In this document: piece by piece, positions 28,089 to 36,532 of the stretch
How the letters are laid out: every line of letters starts with the position of its first letter
Numbering within the stretch: the first letter of the stretch is position 1
Source: an uncultured Dialister sp.
Lineage (GTDB): Bacteria > Bacillota > Negativicutes > Veillonellales > Dialisteraceae
DNA length: 64,000 nt
Reading direction: 5' to 3' (one strand)
Assembly (NCBI RefSeq): GCF_900314595.1
Contig: NZ_OMVW01000002.1
Program-made: the position numbers and the translations under genes
Notes under the pieces: model-generated
What the model was told of the DNA's origin: nothing
The model's database searches: none
Seen by the model: only the letters and a program-made list of their open reading frames with translations

Positions 28089-29378
28089 ATGATTTCTTCC
28101 TTGAAAAGGAGTATGCTTGGGGCAGGCCTATTTCTGATGACGGGAGTTTTTTCTGGAAGTGTTAGTGCTGCCTCTATTCAGAATGTGGATGTCCATCTTT
28201 CCGTAACTGATGGAAATGTTCCGCCAGTTGTGGCAAAACGGATTGTATCAAGTATATCTTCCATCGGAAATCGTATACTTATCGGAAAAGAGGAAAATCT
28301 TTTTCGCCTGAACAGTGCCGAATACAATAAAGTGATTGCTGATATCATCAATCGTGTTGTTATTGGTTATGTAGTTTCAGACCTTTCCGTGGATTATGGT
28401 AGCAATACGTCTATCAATGTGTCCCTTCAACCGGTTGGCAGAATGATTCGACATGTGAATACAGAAATCGATTATGGAAATCTTTCAGGAGATGCAGAAC
28501 GGTATATTAAAGCGGAAACTGCGGAAGTACCGGTTCTTATGAATAATCTTTTGATTGGGCTTCCTGTTGATTCCGTAGGATGGGCGGAAAGTGTTTCCCA
28601 GTCGGCAGGTCGGGATCTTCTTAAGCAGATCCTTCCGGAATTTCAGGCTAATTTTGAGGTTCTCTCAGGTGAAGATACGAAAGTAAAGATTTACTTGATT
28701 CCTCAAGGAAATATTATCAGGTCCACCAGGCTTACACTGGAAAAATCTACCGTACCTCGGCTCCTTATGCTGAGGGCGGTGGATGAAACGGAAACTGCTC
28801 TTAAGAATCTGGAAGGTCTTCCCGTCGGCTTTGTAAGCAGGAATCAGGGAAAAATTGCTTCTGAACTCAATGGAATCCTGAGCAAAGATTTCTTTGTTGA
28901 GAAATATGGCATTGAAACAAGGTCAAGGCTGATTCCGGGAGAAAAAACGGAACTTGTAGTTGATGCCCTGACAGACCACTGGATTATCCGGACGGAAGCC
29001 TGGCTTGATGCCGGCCGTGACGGAGACCGCAATACTACGATTGAGGGCATGCTCGGTCATTTTGTGGGTGGAAACAATGTGGTATTCGGAGAGGCCCGTT
29101 TTTATCCCGGACCGGTGGACTGGGATGTATATGGGGGATTTTACCATCATTTCCGGGGTCTTATGGATCTCGGCTACAAATATAATTTTATCGAGAATAG
29201 TAATCATGTCTTCGGAATAGTTCCCATTGGGAGTAAATTTTCGCTCCGTTATGAGCGGGATTTTAAAGATGACGAGAATGAATTTGGTCTTTCCTATAAA
29301 GTTCATAATTATATGACTCTTGAATATGTGTATAATGATGAAGATGGAAAATGGCTGCGACTTGTAGCCAATTTATAA
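28089..29378 (+). CDS. Uncharacterised secreted protein: three to four ~90-aa tandem modules plus a beta-strand-rich C-terminus (putative OM protein)
   Basis: A signal peptide with SVSA-AS cleavage context is present. Modules open at I30-Q31, I120-R121, I210-R211 and I300-R301, an exact 90-residue period. The C-terminal ~130 aa consist of short amphipathic strands separated by D/N/G turns (FSLRYERDF, EFGLSYKV, MTLEYVYN, KWLRLVANL). A GAGAGGAGG RBS sits 16 nt after the bamA stop. Confidence 0.7.
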   Translation: MISSLKRSMLGAGLFLMTGVFSGSVSAASIQNVDVHLSVTDGNVPPVVAKRIVSSISSIGNRILIGKEENLFRLNSAEYNKVIADIINRVVIGYVVSDLSVDYGSNTSINVSLQPVGRMIRHVNTEIDYGNLSGDAERYIKAETAEVPVLMNNLLIGLPVDSVGWAESVSQSAGRDLLKQILPEFQANFEVLSGEDTKVKIYLIPQGNIIRSTRLTLEKSTVPRLLMLRAVDETETALKNLEGLPVGFVSRNQGKIASELNGILSKDFFVEKYGIETRSRLIPGEKTELVVDALTDHWIIRTEAWLDAGRDGDRNTTIEGMLGHFVGGNNVVFGEARFYPGPVDWDVYGGFYHHFRGLMDLGYKYNFIENSNHVFGIVPIGSKFSLRYERDFKDDENEFGLSYKVHNYMTLEYVYNDEDGKWLRLVANL

Positions 29379-29394
29379 AGGAGTGATTTAAATC

Positions 29395-29910
29395 ATGATG
29401 ACAACTCTTGGAAACAAGAAGAATGTTAAGATTTTCTCTTTCGCCCTGGCGGGAGTATTTATTGCATCCGTAGCTGTGATGGCGGTTGTATCCATGGGGG
29501 ATACGGCCAGTGCTGCGCCAACTACGGATATTGGCGTAGTTGATCAGAGAGAAGTGATTTCCTCCAATGGACAGCTTGCCATTGATTATCAGACCAAAAT
29601 GAAGCAGACTGCTGAAGAAATGCAGAAAGATTTTGATGCAAAATCTGCAGGCATGTCCGATGCGGATAAGGAAAAGCTTTTTGCTGATATGCAGCAGCAG
29701 TTTAACCAGAAGCGGACTGCTATTGAAAAGGATATGGAAGATCAGGTAACTGGGGCAGTAAAATCTGTAGCCTCCAAAAAGGGTCTTTCTCTGGTAGTTG
29801 ATAAATCTGCAGTCATTTATGGTGGTACCGATATTACCAGAGAAGTGTCTGAAGCGTTGAATAAATCTGTTTCCTCTGCACAGTCTGTGGCAGCTTCCCA
29901 GAGTAAGTAA
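29395..29910 (+). CDS. skp: Skp/OmpH-family periplasmic chaperone
   Basis: A signal peptide is followed by the OmpH-type start TDIGVVDQREV and then a helical K/E/Q-rich arm. The protein is 171 aa. Confidence 0.8.
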   Translation: MMTTLGNKKNVKIFSFALAGVFIASVAVMAVVSMGDTASAAPTTDIGVVDQREVISSNGQLAIDYQTKMKQTAEEMQKDFDAKSAGMSDADKEKLFADMQQQFNQKRTAIEKDMEDQVTGAVKSVASKKGLSLVVDKSAVIYGGTDITREVSEALNKSVSSAQSVAASQSK

Positions 29911-29924
29911 CAGGAGTGGTTACC

Positions 29925-30887
29925 ATGCGTTCCGGCTCTTTTGCCCGAATAGCTGCAACTGCGATGATTGTTTTTACTTTTGTCTTTTCCGGCTGTGGAC
30001 CCAGGAAAGAGGAAACTCCTCCGCCTGCTGTCCAATATGGTGTGGCAGACCTGGAGACAATGGTGAAAGCACATCCCCAGTACAGCAGCTACTTCAAATT
30101 GCAAACTGAATATAACCAGTTACTGGAACAATACCGGAATGAACGGAATCGATTGATTCAGGCCGCCTCTCAGCAGAAAAGAATCAATGCGGCTTTGTCC
30201 GATCAGACACGGCGTCTGGCAGCAGAAAATGAACTGAAAGCCAGGGTAAAAGCTAAAGAAGATGAATTGAATGATGGTCTTAAGAAGCTTTACTCTGATA
30301 TCTCTAAAAATCATGCTGCATCTTCCTCTTTAAATGTGGAAACGCTGACACCGGAAGAAAGGGCGGAAATGGCCAATCTTCAAATGAAGCTTACGATTCT
30401 TGGTGTAACAGGGGAAGAAAAAGAAAAGATTAAGGATAGACTTCATTTCCTGATGGAGCTTCGGGCGTCCCGTGAAAAAGCTGATATGACTGGCTGGACA
30501 GCAGACGAGGTTAAGCGGATGAAAAATGCTAAGGAGAAGGCTGAATCTGAACTTACCGAATTCTCTCGTGTTACTGCCGAAGACATTAAAAAGCGGCTGG
30601 CATCTGACAATAAAGCCCATTTGGACCCAATTGAACAGAGCTTTGATGCGGGTAATCAGGAATGGAATAGGGCCTGGCAGTCCCGTATCGATTCCAAACA
30701 GAAACAGATGGCCGATTTGAAAAAACAGATTATGGCTGATATAGAGAAGGAGGCGGCGCGTGTCGCTTCTGATAAGCAGCTTGCTATGATTTTTGTAAAG
30801 TATAAAGCTAATATTAACGCGACCGATGTAACCGGAGATATGGTTAATCGGATTGTAAATATAAAGCAGGAGGAAATAAATGGATAA
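29925..30887 (+). CDS. OmpH/Skp-like coiled-coil lipoprotein (long paralogue)
   Basis: A lipobox is present (FVFSGCG). The OmpH-like start YGVADLETMV is followed by ~250 aa of coiled-coil-type sequence. Confidence 0.6.
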   Translation: MRSGSFARIAATAMIVFTFVFSGCGPRKEETPPPAVQYGVADLETMVKAHPQYSSYFKLQTEYNQLLEQYRNERNRLIQAASQQKRINAALSDQTRRLAAENELKARVKAKEDELNDGLKKLYSDISKNHAASSSLNVETLTPEERAEMANLQMKLTILGVTGEEKEKIKDRLHFLMELRASREKADMTGWTADEVKRMKNAKEKAESELTEFSRVTAEDIKKRLASDNKAHLDPIEQSFDAGNQEWNRAWQSRIDSKQKQMADLKKQIMADIEKEAARVASDKQLAMIFVKYKANINATDVTGDMVNRIVNIKQEEING

Positions 30888-31338
30888 GGCTGTGTTGAAA
30901 AAGATAGCCTGCGTGGGATTACTTGCTTTTGCAGCTGTATTTTCCGGCTGTGGCAGTGAACATAAAGTAGCAGTTATTGATTATCAGAAAATTGAATCCC
31001 AATCTCCTAAAATCAAGGCAATACAGAAGGAGATTACTGACAAGGATAAAGAAATCAGTGCCCGTCTGGCAGAGGATTCAAAAAAGGGTCTTTCTGATGA
31101 GGAAATGCAGAAAAAAGTACAATCTGCACAACAGGAAAGAATGATTTTCATTCAGAGCAAGCAGAAACAAATTGAATCAATGATTCAGTCCCATTGCAGC
31201 TCCATTGCAAAAGAAAAGAATCTTGGAATCGTTATGAATAAAATGGCTGTACCGAGTGGGGCAGTCGATATTACAGATGAAGTTCTGGCTAAAATGGATG
31301 GAGGATCATCCAAAGCAGCTTCTTCAGCAACCAAGTGA
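30880..31338 (+). CDS. OmpH/Skp-like lipoprotein (short paralogue)
   Basis: A lipobox is present (AVFSGCG). The OmpH-like start KVAVIDYQKI is followed by a helical arm. The gene overlaps the upstream stop by 8 nt. Confidence 0.7.
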   Translation: MDKAVLKKIACVGLLAFAAVFSGCGSEHKVAVIDYQKIESQSPKIKAIQKEITDKDKEISARLAEDSKKGLSDEEMQKKVQSAQQERMIFIQSKQKQIESMIQSHCSSIAKEKNLGIVMNKMAVPSGAVDITDEVLAKMDGGSSKAASSATK

Positions 31339-31346
31339 GGAAGATT

Positions 31347-32369
31347 ATGAAAAAATCAGCAGGCGAATTGGCTCAAATTGTAAGCGGTACGCTTTACGGA
31401 GATGAATCGGTTCTTATTGATGATGTGCGCAGTGCAGAAAGTGCAGGCCCCTCTCATATTACCTTTGCCCGTGGCGTCTATGCCGAGCACATAGAAGAAA
31501 TACAGGCCGGCGTTATTTTGGTGGATGAGCTTCCAGCCCATTATACTAAAAATTTGATTGTGGTTCCTGACTGCCGCCGTTCTTTTGGAGAGCTGGTTGA
31601 ACTTTTTCATCCGGAAAACCATATTAAACCCGGGATTCACCCGACTGCTGTAGTAAGCGATACCGCTGAAATCGGACAGGATGTTTGTGTGATGGCTTAT
31701 GCAGTCATTGATGATGGAGCCATGATTGGTAATAGAACTATTATTTATCCTTATACTTATATTGGGAAAAACGCTCATATAGGAGAGGATTGTGAAATTA
31801 ACCCCGGTTGTGTCATTCATGAAAATACAGAAGTCGGTAATCGTGTCGTTTTACGGGCACATGCGGTTATCGGTGGTCAAGGTTTTGGATTTTCTACAGA
31901 TGATAAAGGGCATCATCATCATATACGTCAATTAGGAAAAGCTGTTATCGGTGATGACTGCGAAATCGGAGCAGGTTCTACTATAGATAATGGTGCCTTG
32001 AATGATACGGTAGTAGGCAGAGGAACCAAAATTGATAACCTTGTCCATCTTGGTCATAATGTTCAAGTTGGTGAAGACTGTTTTATTTGTGCACAGACTG
32101 GCGTAGCAGGCAGCACAACTATTGGCAGCCATTGTATTCTTGCGGGCCAAGCGGGGGTTAATGGACATATAAGCATCACAGACCATGTTGTCCTTGGCGG
32201 GAAAGCAGGTGTTATTGGTTCCATTAAGGAACCTGGAGTATATATTGGCTATCCTGCAAGGACTCATGCCCAGTGGGGAAGGGTTGAAGTAGCTGTATCT
32301 CATCTTCCTGAATTGATGAAGAAGATGCGCCTTCTGGAAAAGAAACTGGCAGCACTGGAGAAAAAATGA
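31347..32369 (+). CDS. lpxD: UDP-3-O-acylglucosamine N-acyltransferase
   Basis: An LpxD N-terminal domain (ELAQIVSGTLYGD...ITFA) is followed by a long left-handed beta-helix of hexapeptide repeats and a C-terminal helix. Confidence 0.92.
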   Translation: MKKSAGELAQIVSGTLYGDESVLIDDVRSAESAGPSHITFARGVYAEHIEEIQAGVILVDELPAHYTKNLIVVPDCRRSFGELVELFHPENHIKPGIHPTAVVSDTAEIGQDVCVMAYAVIDDGAMIGNRTIIYPYTYIGKNAHIGEDCEINPGCVIHENTEVGNRVVLRAHAVIGGQGFGFSTDDKGHHHHIRQLGKAVIGDDCEIGAGSTIDNGALNDTVVGRGTKIDNLVHLGHNVQVGEDCFICAQTGVAGSTTIGSHCILAGQAGVNGHISITDHVVLGGKAGVIGSIKEPGVYIGYPARTHAQWGRVEVAVSHLPELMKKMRLLEKKLAALEKK

Positions 32370-32497
32370 AACTTTTATGACTTGCGTATTTCGCCTTGTC
32401 TTAATTTTGAAATGTATTGAAAGGAAGATGCAGGGTCCTCTATCCTCGGATTTGGACAGGGCCTTGTATTTTCTTTTATTTTTCAATGAGGTTTTCC

Positions 32498-33418
32498 ATG
32501 AGCGCTACTTACAGATTACTCAAAATGCTTGGATGGATTGCCTGTCATTTGCCGCCGGGGTCGGCTGAATCCATGGGGCGGGGACTTGGTAAGTTTTTTT
32601 GGACTTTTGTTCCATCCAAAAGGAAAAAACTGGCGGTCAATAACATAATACGTGCCGGTATCACGGATGAAAAGGATAAAGCCATTGAGATTGCCAGGGC
32701 TTCTTCAGTTCGCTTTGGCCCTTTGGGAATTTCCATGTTCCGTTTCCCTCTTTTGACAAAAGATAACATCAGCACCTATGTAACTATCAGGGGAAGAGAA
32801 AAACTGGATGCTCTTGTAAAAGAGGGTAAAGGATGTGTATTGGCTGCCACTCATTGTGGAAATTGGGAAATAGAAGGAGCAGCACTGGCCTTGTATGGAT
32901 ATCCGCTTCTTTCTGTGGCCATGAAGCAAAAAAATAAGGGCTTTGATCGTTTCCTATGCGAATATCGTTCTATGCCCGGACAGGTAGTGGAATACAAGAC
33001 CGGAGTCCGTGATATGCTCCGAAGGCTCAAAGAGGGGTATTTCGTGGGCCTTTTGTGTGACCAGGACCCTGGTGATACAGGTATACTTTCCGATTTTATG
33101 GGACAAAAAACGTTAACTGCTACTGGTCCTGCCCATTTTTCCCTGCTTACCCATCTTCCGGTTATGACTGCACTTATCCATCAAACTGGTCCCTGGCAGT
33201 ATGAAATCATTATCGGGGATCCTATCACGGCTGATCCGGGATTGAAGAAGAAGGAAGCTATTCAGAATATTACCGATAAAATCAACAGGAGACTTGAGGC
33301 CTGGATTTATAAGTATCCGGAGGAATGGTTCTGGCTCCATAACCGGTGGAAATGGACGGACCATTTCTATCCGGAACTGAAAGGAGTACCTGTCGTTCAT
33401 GATTCGGCTGAACATTGA
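32498..33418 (+). CDS. LpxL/HtrB-family lipid A (Kdo2-lipid IVA-type) late acyltransferase
   Basis: An N-terminal hydrophobic anchor is present. The acyltransferase motif HCGNWE (HX4E) and the family-typical C-terminal YPEEWFWLHNRWK are both seen. ATG 32498 has a GAGG RBS. Confidence 0.75.
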   Translation: MSATYRLLKMLGWIACHLPPGSAESMGRGLGKFFWTFVPSKRKKLAVNNIIRAGITDEKDKAIEIARASSVRFGPLGISMFRFPLLTKDNISTYVTIRGREKLDALVKEGKGCVLAATHCGNWEIEGAALALYGYPLLSVAMKQKNKGFDRFLCEYRSMPGQVVEYKTGVRDMLRRLKEGYFVGLLCDQDPGDTGILSDFMGQKTLTATGPAHFSLLTHLPVMTALIHQTGPWQYEIIIGDPITADPGLKKKEAIQNITDKINRRLEAWIYKYPEEWFWLHNRWKWTDHFYPELKGVPVVHDSAEH

Positions 33419-34136
33419 AAAAACTTTTTGTAAAGATATTCCTGTCATCATTGTGCATCCATTTGGTGAAAGTCTTGGACCTGCTGTTTTCTATCATGGC
33501 TGGAGCAGCCGGGGAGAATACCAGCTTAGCAAAGCCGCTGTTCTTGCTGCTAACGGGTATACCGTATATCTGCCTGATGCCATCAATCATGGAATGCGTA
33601 ACCAACTCTGTGATTACTACAAAGTCGAAGATTATCAGGTTTTCTGGGAAACCCTGTTTCAAAATGTAAATGAATTTCCAAAGCTTGTAGAATTTATCAG
33701 GAACAGGGAAACGGAAAAAATCGTTATTTGTGGTCATTCTATGGGCGGGATGACGGTTCTTGGAATCGCCAGTCGGTATGCTGATGATTTAAAAGCTGTT
33801 GTTTCATTCAATGGATCCGGAGACTGGCTCCTGACCCATCTCTTCATGCAGGCCAGGTTTGGCGTATACATGAAACGGGATTGGGAAATGTATGGGAAAA
33901 TAGAAAATCAGTCTCCATTGGCCCATATAAAGGATATGACCGGAATTCCGATACTTCTGACGAATGGGGAAAGTGATACTTCCATCGACCCCAGAGCTCA
34001 GGCTCATTTTTATGAATCCTTAAAAGATGGGGGAGGATGTGTCGAACGTATTACATATCCCGGGTTGGGTCATTTTGTTACCACAAATATGCTGGATGAT
34101 GCCATGAATTGGCTTGACAGTCTGAAATTAAAATAA
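33399..34136 (+). CDS. Alpha/beta-fold hydrolase (dienelactone hydrolase/S9-like)
   Basis: The nucleophile elbow GHSMGG and a C-terminal GLGH histidine context are present. There is no signal peptide. The gene overlaps the upstream gene by 20 nt. Confidence 0.75.
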   Translation: MIRLNIEKTFCKDIPVIIVHPFGESLGPAVFYHGWSSRGEYQLSKAAVLAANGYTVYLPDAINHGMRNQLCDYYKVEDYQVFWETLFQNVNEFPKLVEFIRNRETEKIVICGHSMGGMTVLGIASRYADDLKAVVSFNGSGDWLLTHLFMQARFGVYMKRDWEMYGKIENQSPLAHIKDMTGIPILLTNGESDTSIDPRAQAHFYESLKDGGGCVERITYPGLGHFVTTNMLDDAMNWLDSLKLK

Positions 34137-34189
34137 ATCCGGTTATTTAGTGTGCAGATGCATAAATCCATTTGATGAAAGGAGGAACT

Positions 34190-35386
34190 TTGGTTAGAAA
34201 TAAAAGTATCATCATTCTGGTAGCCAGCATGTTCCTCGTTTCTTCAGGATATACCATGGTTATTCCTTTTCTGCCCTTATATCTGGGGCAGCTTGGTGTA
34301 CCTTCTGAAGAACTGTCTCTTTGGACAGGATTTGTTTTTTCGATTTGTTTCTTCATTGCGGCAGTTATGGGTCCGCTTTGGGGGAAACTGGCCGATACGG
34401 ACGGTAAAAAGAAAATGGCTGTCCGAGCTGCTATTTTATTGGGATTTTCATATTTATTCTGCGGCCTGTGCCAGAATCAGTATCATCTGCTTGCTGCTCG
34501 CGCTTTTCAGGGATTTGCCAATGGTTTTGTGGCGGCTGCCATGGCAATTATTTCAGACAATGCGGAGCCGGGAAAACTTGGCGTTACTCTCGGAATGGCC
34601 CAAACTTCACTTGTGGTCGGAGGCATCCTGGGGCCTCTCATGGGTGGGGCTTTATCGCATGCAATAGGGATGAGGAATACATTTTTCCTGTCAGCAGCTT
34701 TTCTGTGGGCTGTGGCCCTGACAGTCATATTTTTTGTTTCTGAAATTAAAAAGGGACTTCCTCCAGAGATGAGGAAGTCCACATCCATTAGTCAGGACCT
34801 GATTTATGCCTGGGAAAACCATGATCTCCGTGGACTTCTTTTCATTACATGCCTGCTTCAGACAACGATTCTGATGATCCAGCCGGTAACAGCTATTTAT
34901 GTAGGAAATATTATGAATCATTCCGGAAATATCGAACTGGCGGCAGGAATCATTATGTCGAGCGGTGGAATTGCCGGTGCCCTGACTACGACTCTCTGGG
35001 GTAAGTTTGGCCAGTCCAAAGGTTACTATCGTGCTATATTTGTAACTCTTGGGGCTGCTGGCGTATTGACTATAATCCAGTCTTTTCCAAATACTATCTG
35101 GGGATTCGGGCTTTGCCAGTTTCTGGTGGGCTGCTTTGTAATTGGCGTCAATCCTTCCCTCAATGCGGCACTTGTAAAATATTCCCCCTCTGATTTCAGA
35201 GGAAGGATTTTTGGACTTTCCAATATGGCTCAGCAATTTGGGAACATGACCGGTCCCCTGGTGTCTGCAGCGGTTTCCATGTCCCTGGGAATATGGGAAG
35301 TTTATGTTTTTGCAGGAATGATTCAACTCTCGGCTGCGTGTGTCATCTATTTTAAACGGGTGAGGTCTCCTCTGCAAAATAAATAA
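34190..35386 (+). CDS. MFS transporter, MdtG/DHA1-like
   Basis: 12-TM pattern. MVIPFLPLYLGQLGV and motif A (GKLADTDGKKKM) closely resemble E. coli MdtG. TTG 34190 follows an AAAGGAGG RBS; the alternative starts are 34172 and 34175. Confidence 0.85.
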   Translation: MVRNKSIIILVASMFLVSSGYTMVIPFLPLYLGQLGVPSEELSLWTGFVFSICFFIAAVMGPLWGKLADTDGKKKMAVRAAILLGFSYLFCGLCQNQYHLLAARAFQGFANGFVAAAMAIISDNAEPGKLGVTLGMAQTSLVVGGILGPLMGGALSHAIGMRNTFFLSAAFLWAVALTVIFFVSEIKKGLPPEMRKSTSISQDLIYAWENHDLRGLLFITCLLQTTILMIQPVTAIYVGNIMNHSGNIELAAGIIMSSGGIAGALTTTLWGKFGQSKGYYRAIFVTLGAAGVLTIIQSFPNTIWGFGLCQFLVGCFVIGVNPSLNAALVKYSPSDFRGRIFGLSNMAQQFGNMTGPLVSAAVSMSLGIWEVYVFAGMIQLSAACVIYFKRVRSPLQNK

Positions 35387-35398
35387 TTTCATTCTTAT

Positions 35399-35445
35399 AA
35401 AAAACAGACAAGCTATCCGGGATAAGCCTGTCTGTTTTTCTTTTG
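35399..35445. terminator. Bidirectional intrinsic terminator between convergent genes
   Basis: Stem AACAGACAAGCT / AGCCTGTCTGTT with one mismatch, flanked by an A-run and a T-run. Confidence 0.6.
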
Positions 35446-35451
35446 AGAAAA

Positions 35452-36342
35452 TTATTTTACGGTATTGCGTAGAGTGCCGATTGGGTCGATTGTGATTTCG
35501 ACTACATCTCCCTGCTGCAGGAACTTTGGAGGATTAAAGCCCATGCCCACACCCTGGGGAGTGCCGGTCGCTATGACATCTCCGGGAAGGAGAGTCATTC
35601 CATTGGAAAGGACTTCAATCAGTCTGGCAATCGGGAAAATAAGATCAGTAGTGGAACCTTCCTGACGAAGTTCACCATTCACTTTTGTATAAATTGTGAA
35701 TGGTACTGGCCAATCTCCAATCATGACTGTCGGCCCCATGGGGCAGAAAGTGTCCAGACTTTTGCCGCGGAACCACTGGGAGTGTTTTTTCTGGAGGTCT
35801 CTTGCAGTTACATCGTTGACTATTGTATATCCATAAACATACTTCATAGCATCTTCGGCACTTACGTTGTAGCAGCGTTTTCCAATAATGACACCCAGTT
35901 CGCCTTCATAGTCTACCTGGCTGGTAGCATAGGGATGGCGGTCTATTTCTTCATCGGGACCAATAACAGAGGTCGTGGCCTTGGTAAAGAAAATGGGATT
36001 TTCCGGATTTTTAGCATTCACATTCTGATCAAATTCCTTAACATGGGCCTGATAGTTCTTGCCAACGCAGAGAATATTTCTCCGTGGATAAAAAGGAACT
36101 TCCAAACGTACCGTGCTGAGAGGGACGGGTTCAATGGATTTATCCGTCTCATTGAGCTCAAGTGCCTTTGCCAGATTAAGAAGGCCTTCTTCACCGGACT
36201 GTATGAATTCTTCCATTGTTTCTCCGAGGGGAATAAAGTATGTTTCTTCCAGTTCCTCAGCCGGATAGATAAACTTGCCGTCGGTGCTTAAAATACCCCA
36301 CTGGCGCTGACCATTCTGATTATAAGATACGAGTCTCTGCAT
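35452..36342 (-). CDS. Fumarylacetoacetate hydrolase (FAH) family protein
   Basis: The FAH-domain pattern is present (CVGKNY, DYEGELGVIIG, GDVIATGTPQGVG). Confidence 0.88.
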   Translation of the reverse strand: MQRLVSYNQNGQRQWGILSTDGKFIYPAEELEETYFIPLGETMEEFIQSGEEGLLNLAKALELNETDKSIEPVPLSTVRLEVPFYPRRNILCVGKNYQAHVKEFDQNVNAKNPENPIFFTKATTSVIGPDEEIDRHPYATSQVDYEGELGVIIGKRCYNVSAEDAMKYVYGYTIVNDVTARDLQKKHSQWFRGKSLDTFCPMGPTVMIGDWPVPFTIYTKVNGELRQEGSTTDLIFPIARLIEVLSNGMTLLPGDVIATGTPQGVGMGFNPPKFLQQGDVVEITIDPIGTLRNTVK

Positions 36343-36532
36343 AATATACCTTCTTTCTTTAATGTTTACTGGTATTATACCATAAAGAAAGACTTGTCAT
36401 ATCTGATGAATATGAAGTATTTTTTTAATAATCAGTTCGGTGTATAATCCTATCTATGTCACATAAAATCGATAGAATTGTGGTATAATTAAAAAAAATA
36501 ACTATGTGTTTTTATGAATGGAGGAAGATGAA

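Noticed and set aside
36343-36532. Possible T-box leader upstream of glnS.
   Set aside because: The region is only ~175 nt and is shared with a divergent promoter. No T-box sequence (AGGGTGGNACCGCG-like) or terminator/antiterminator pair is present.
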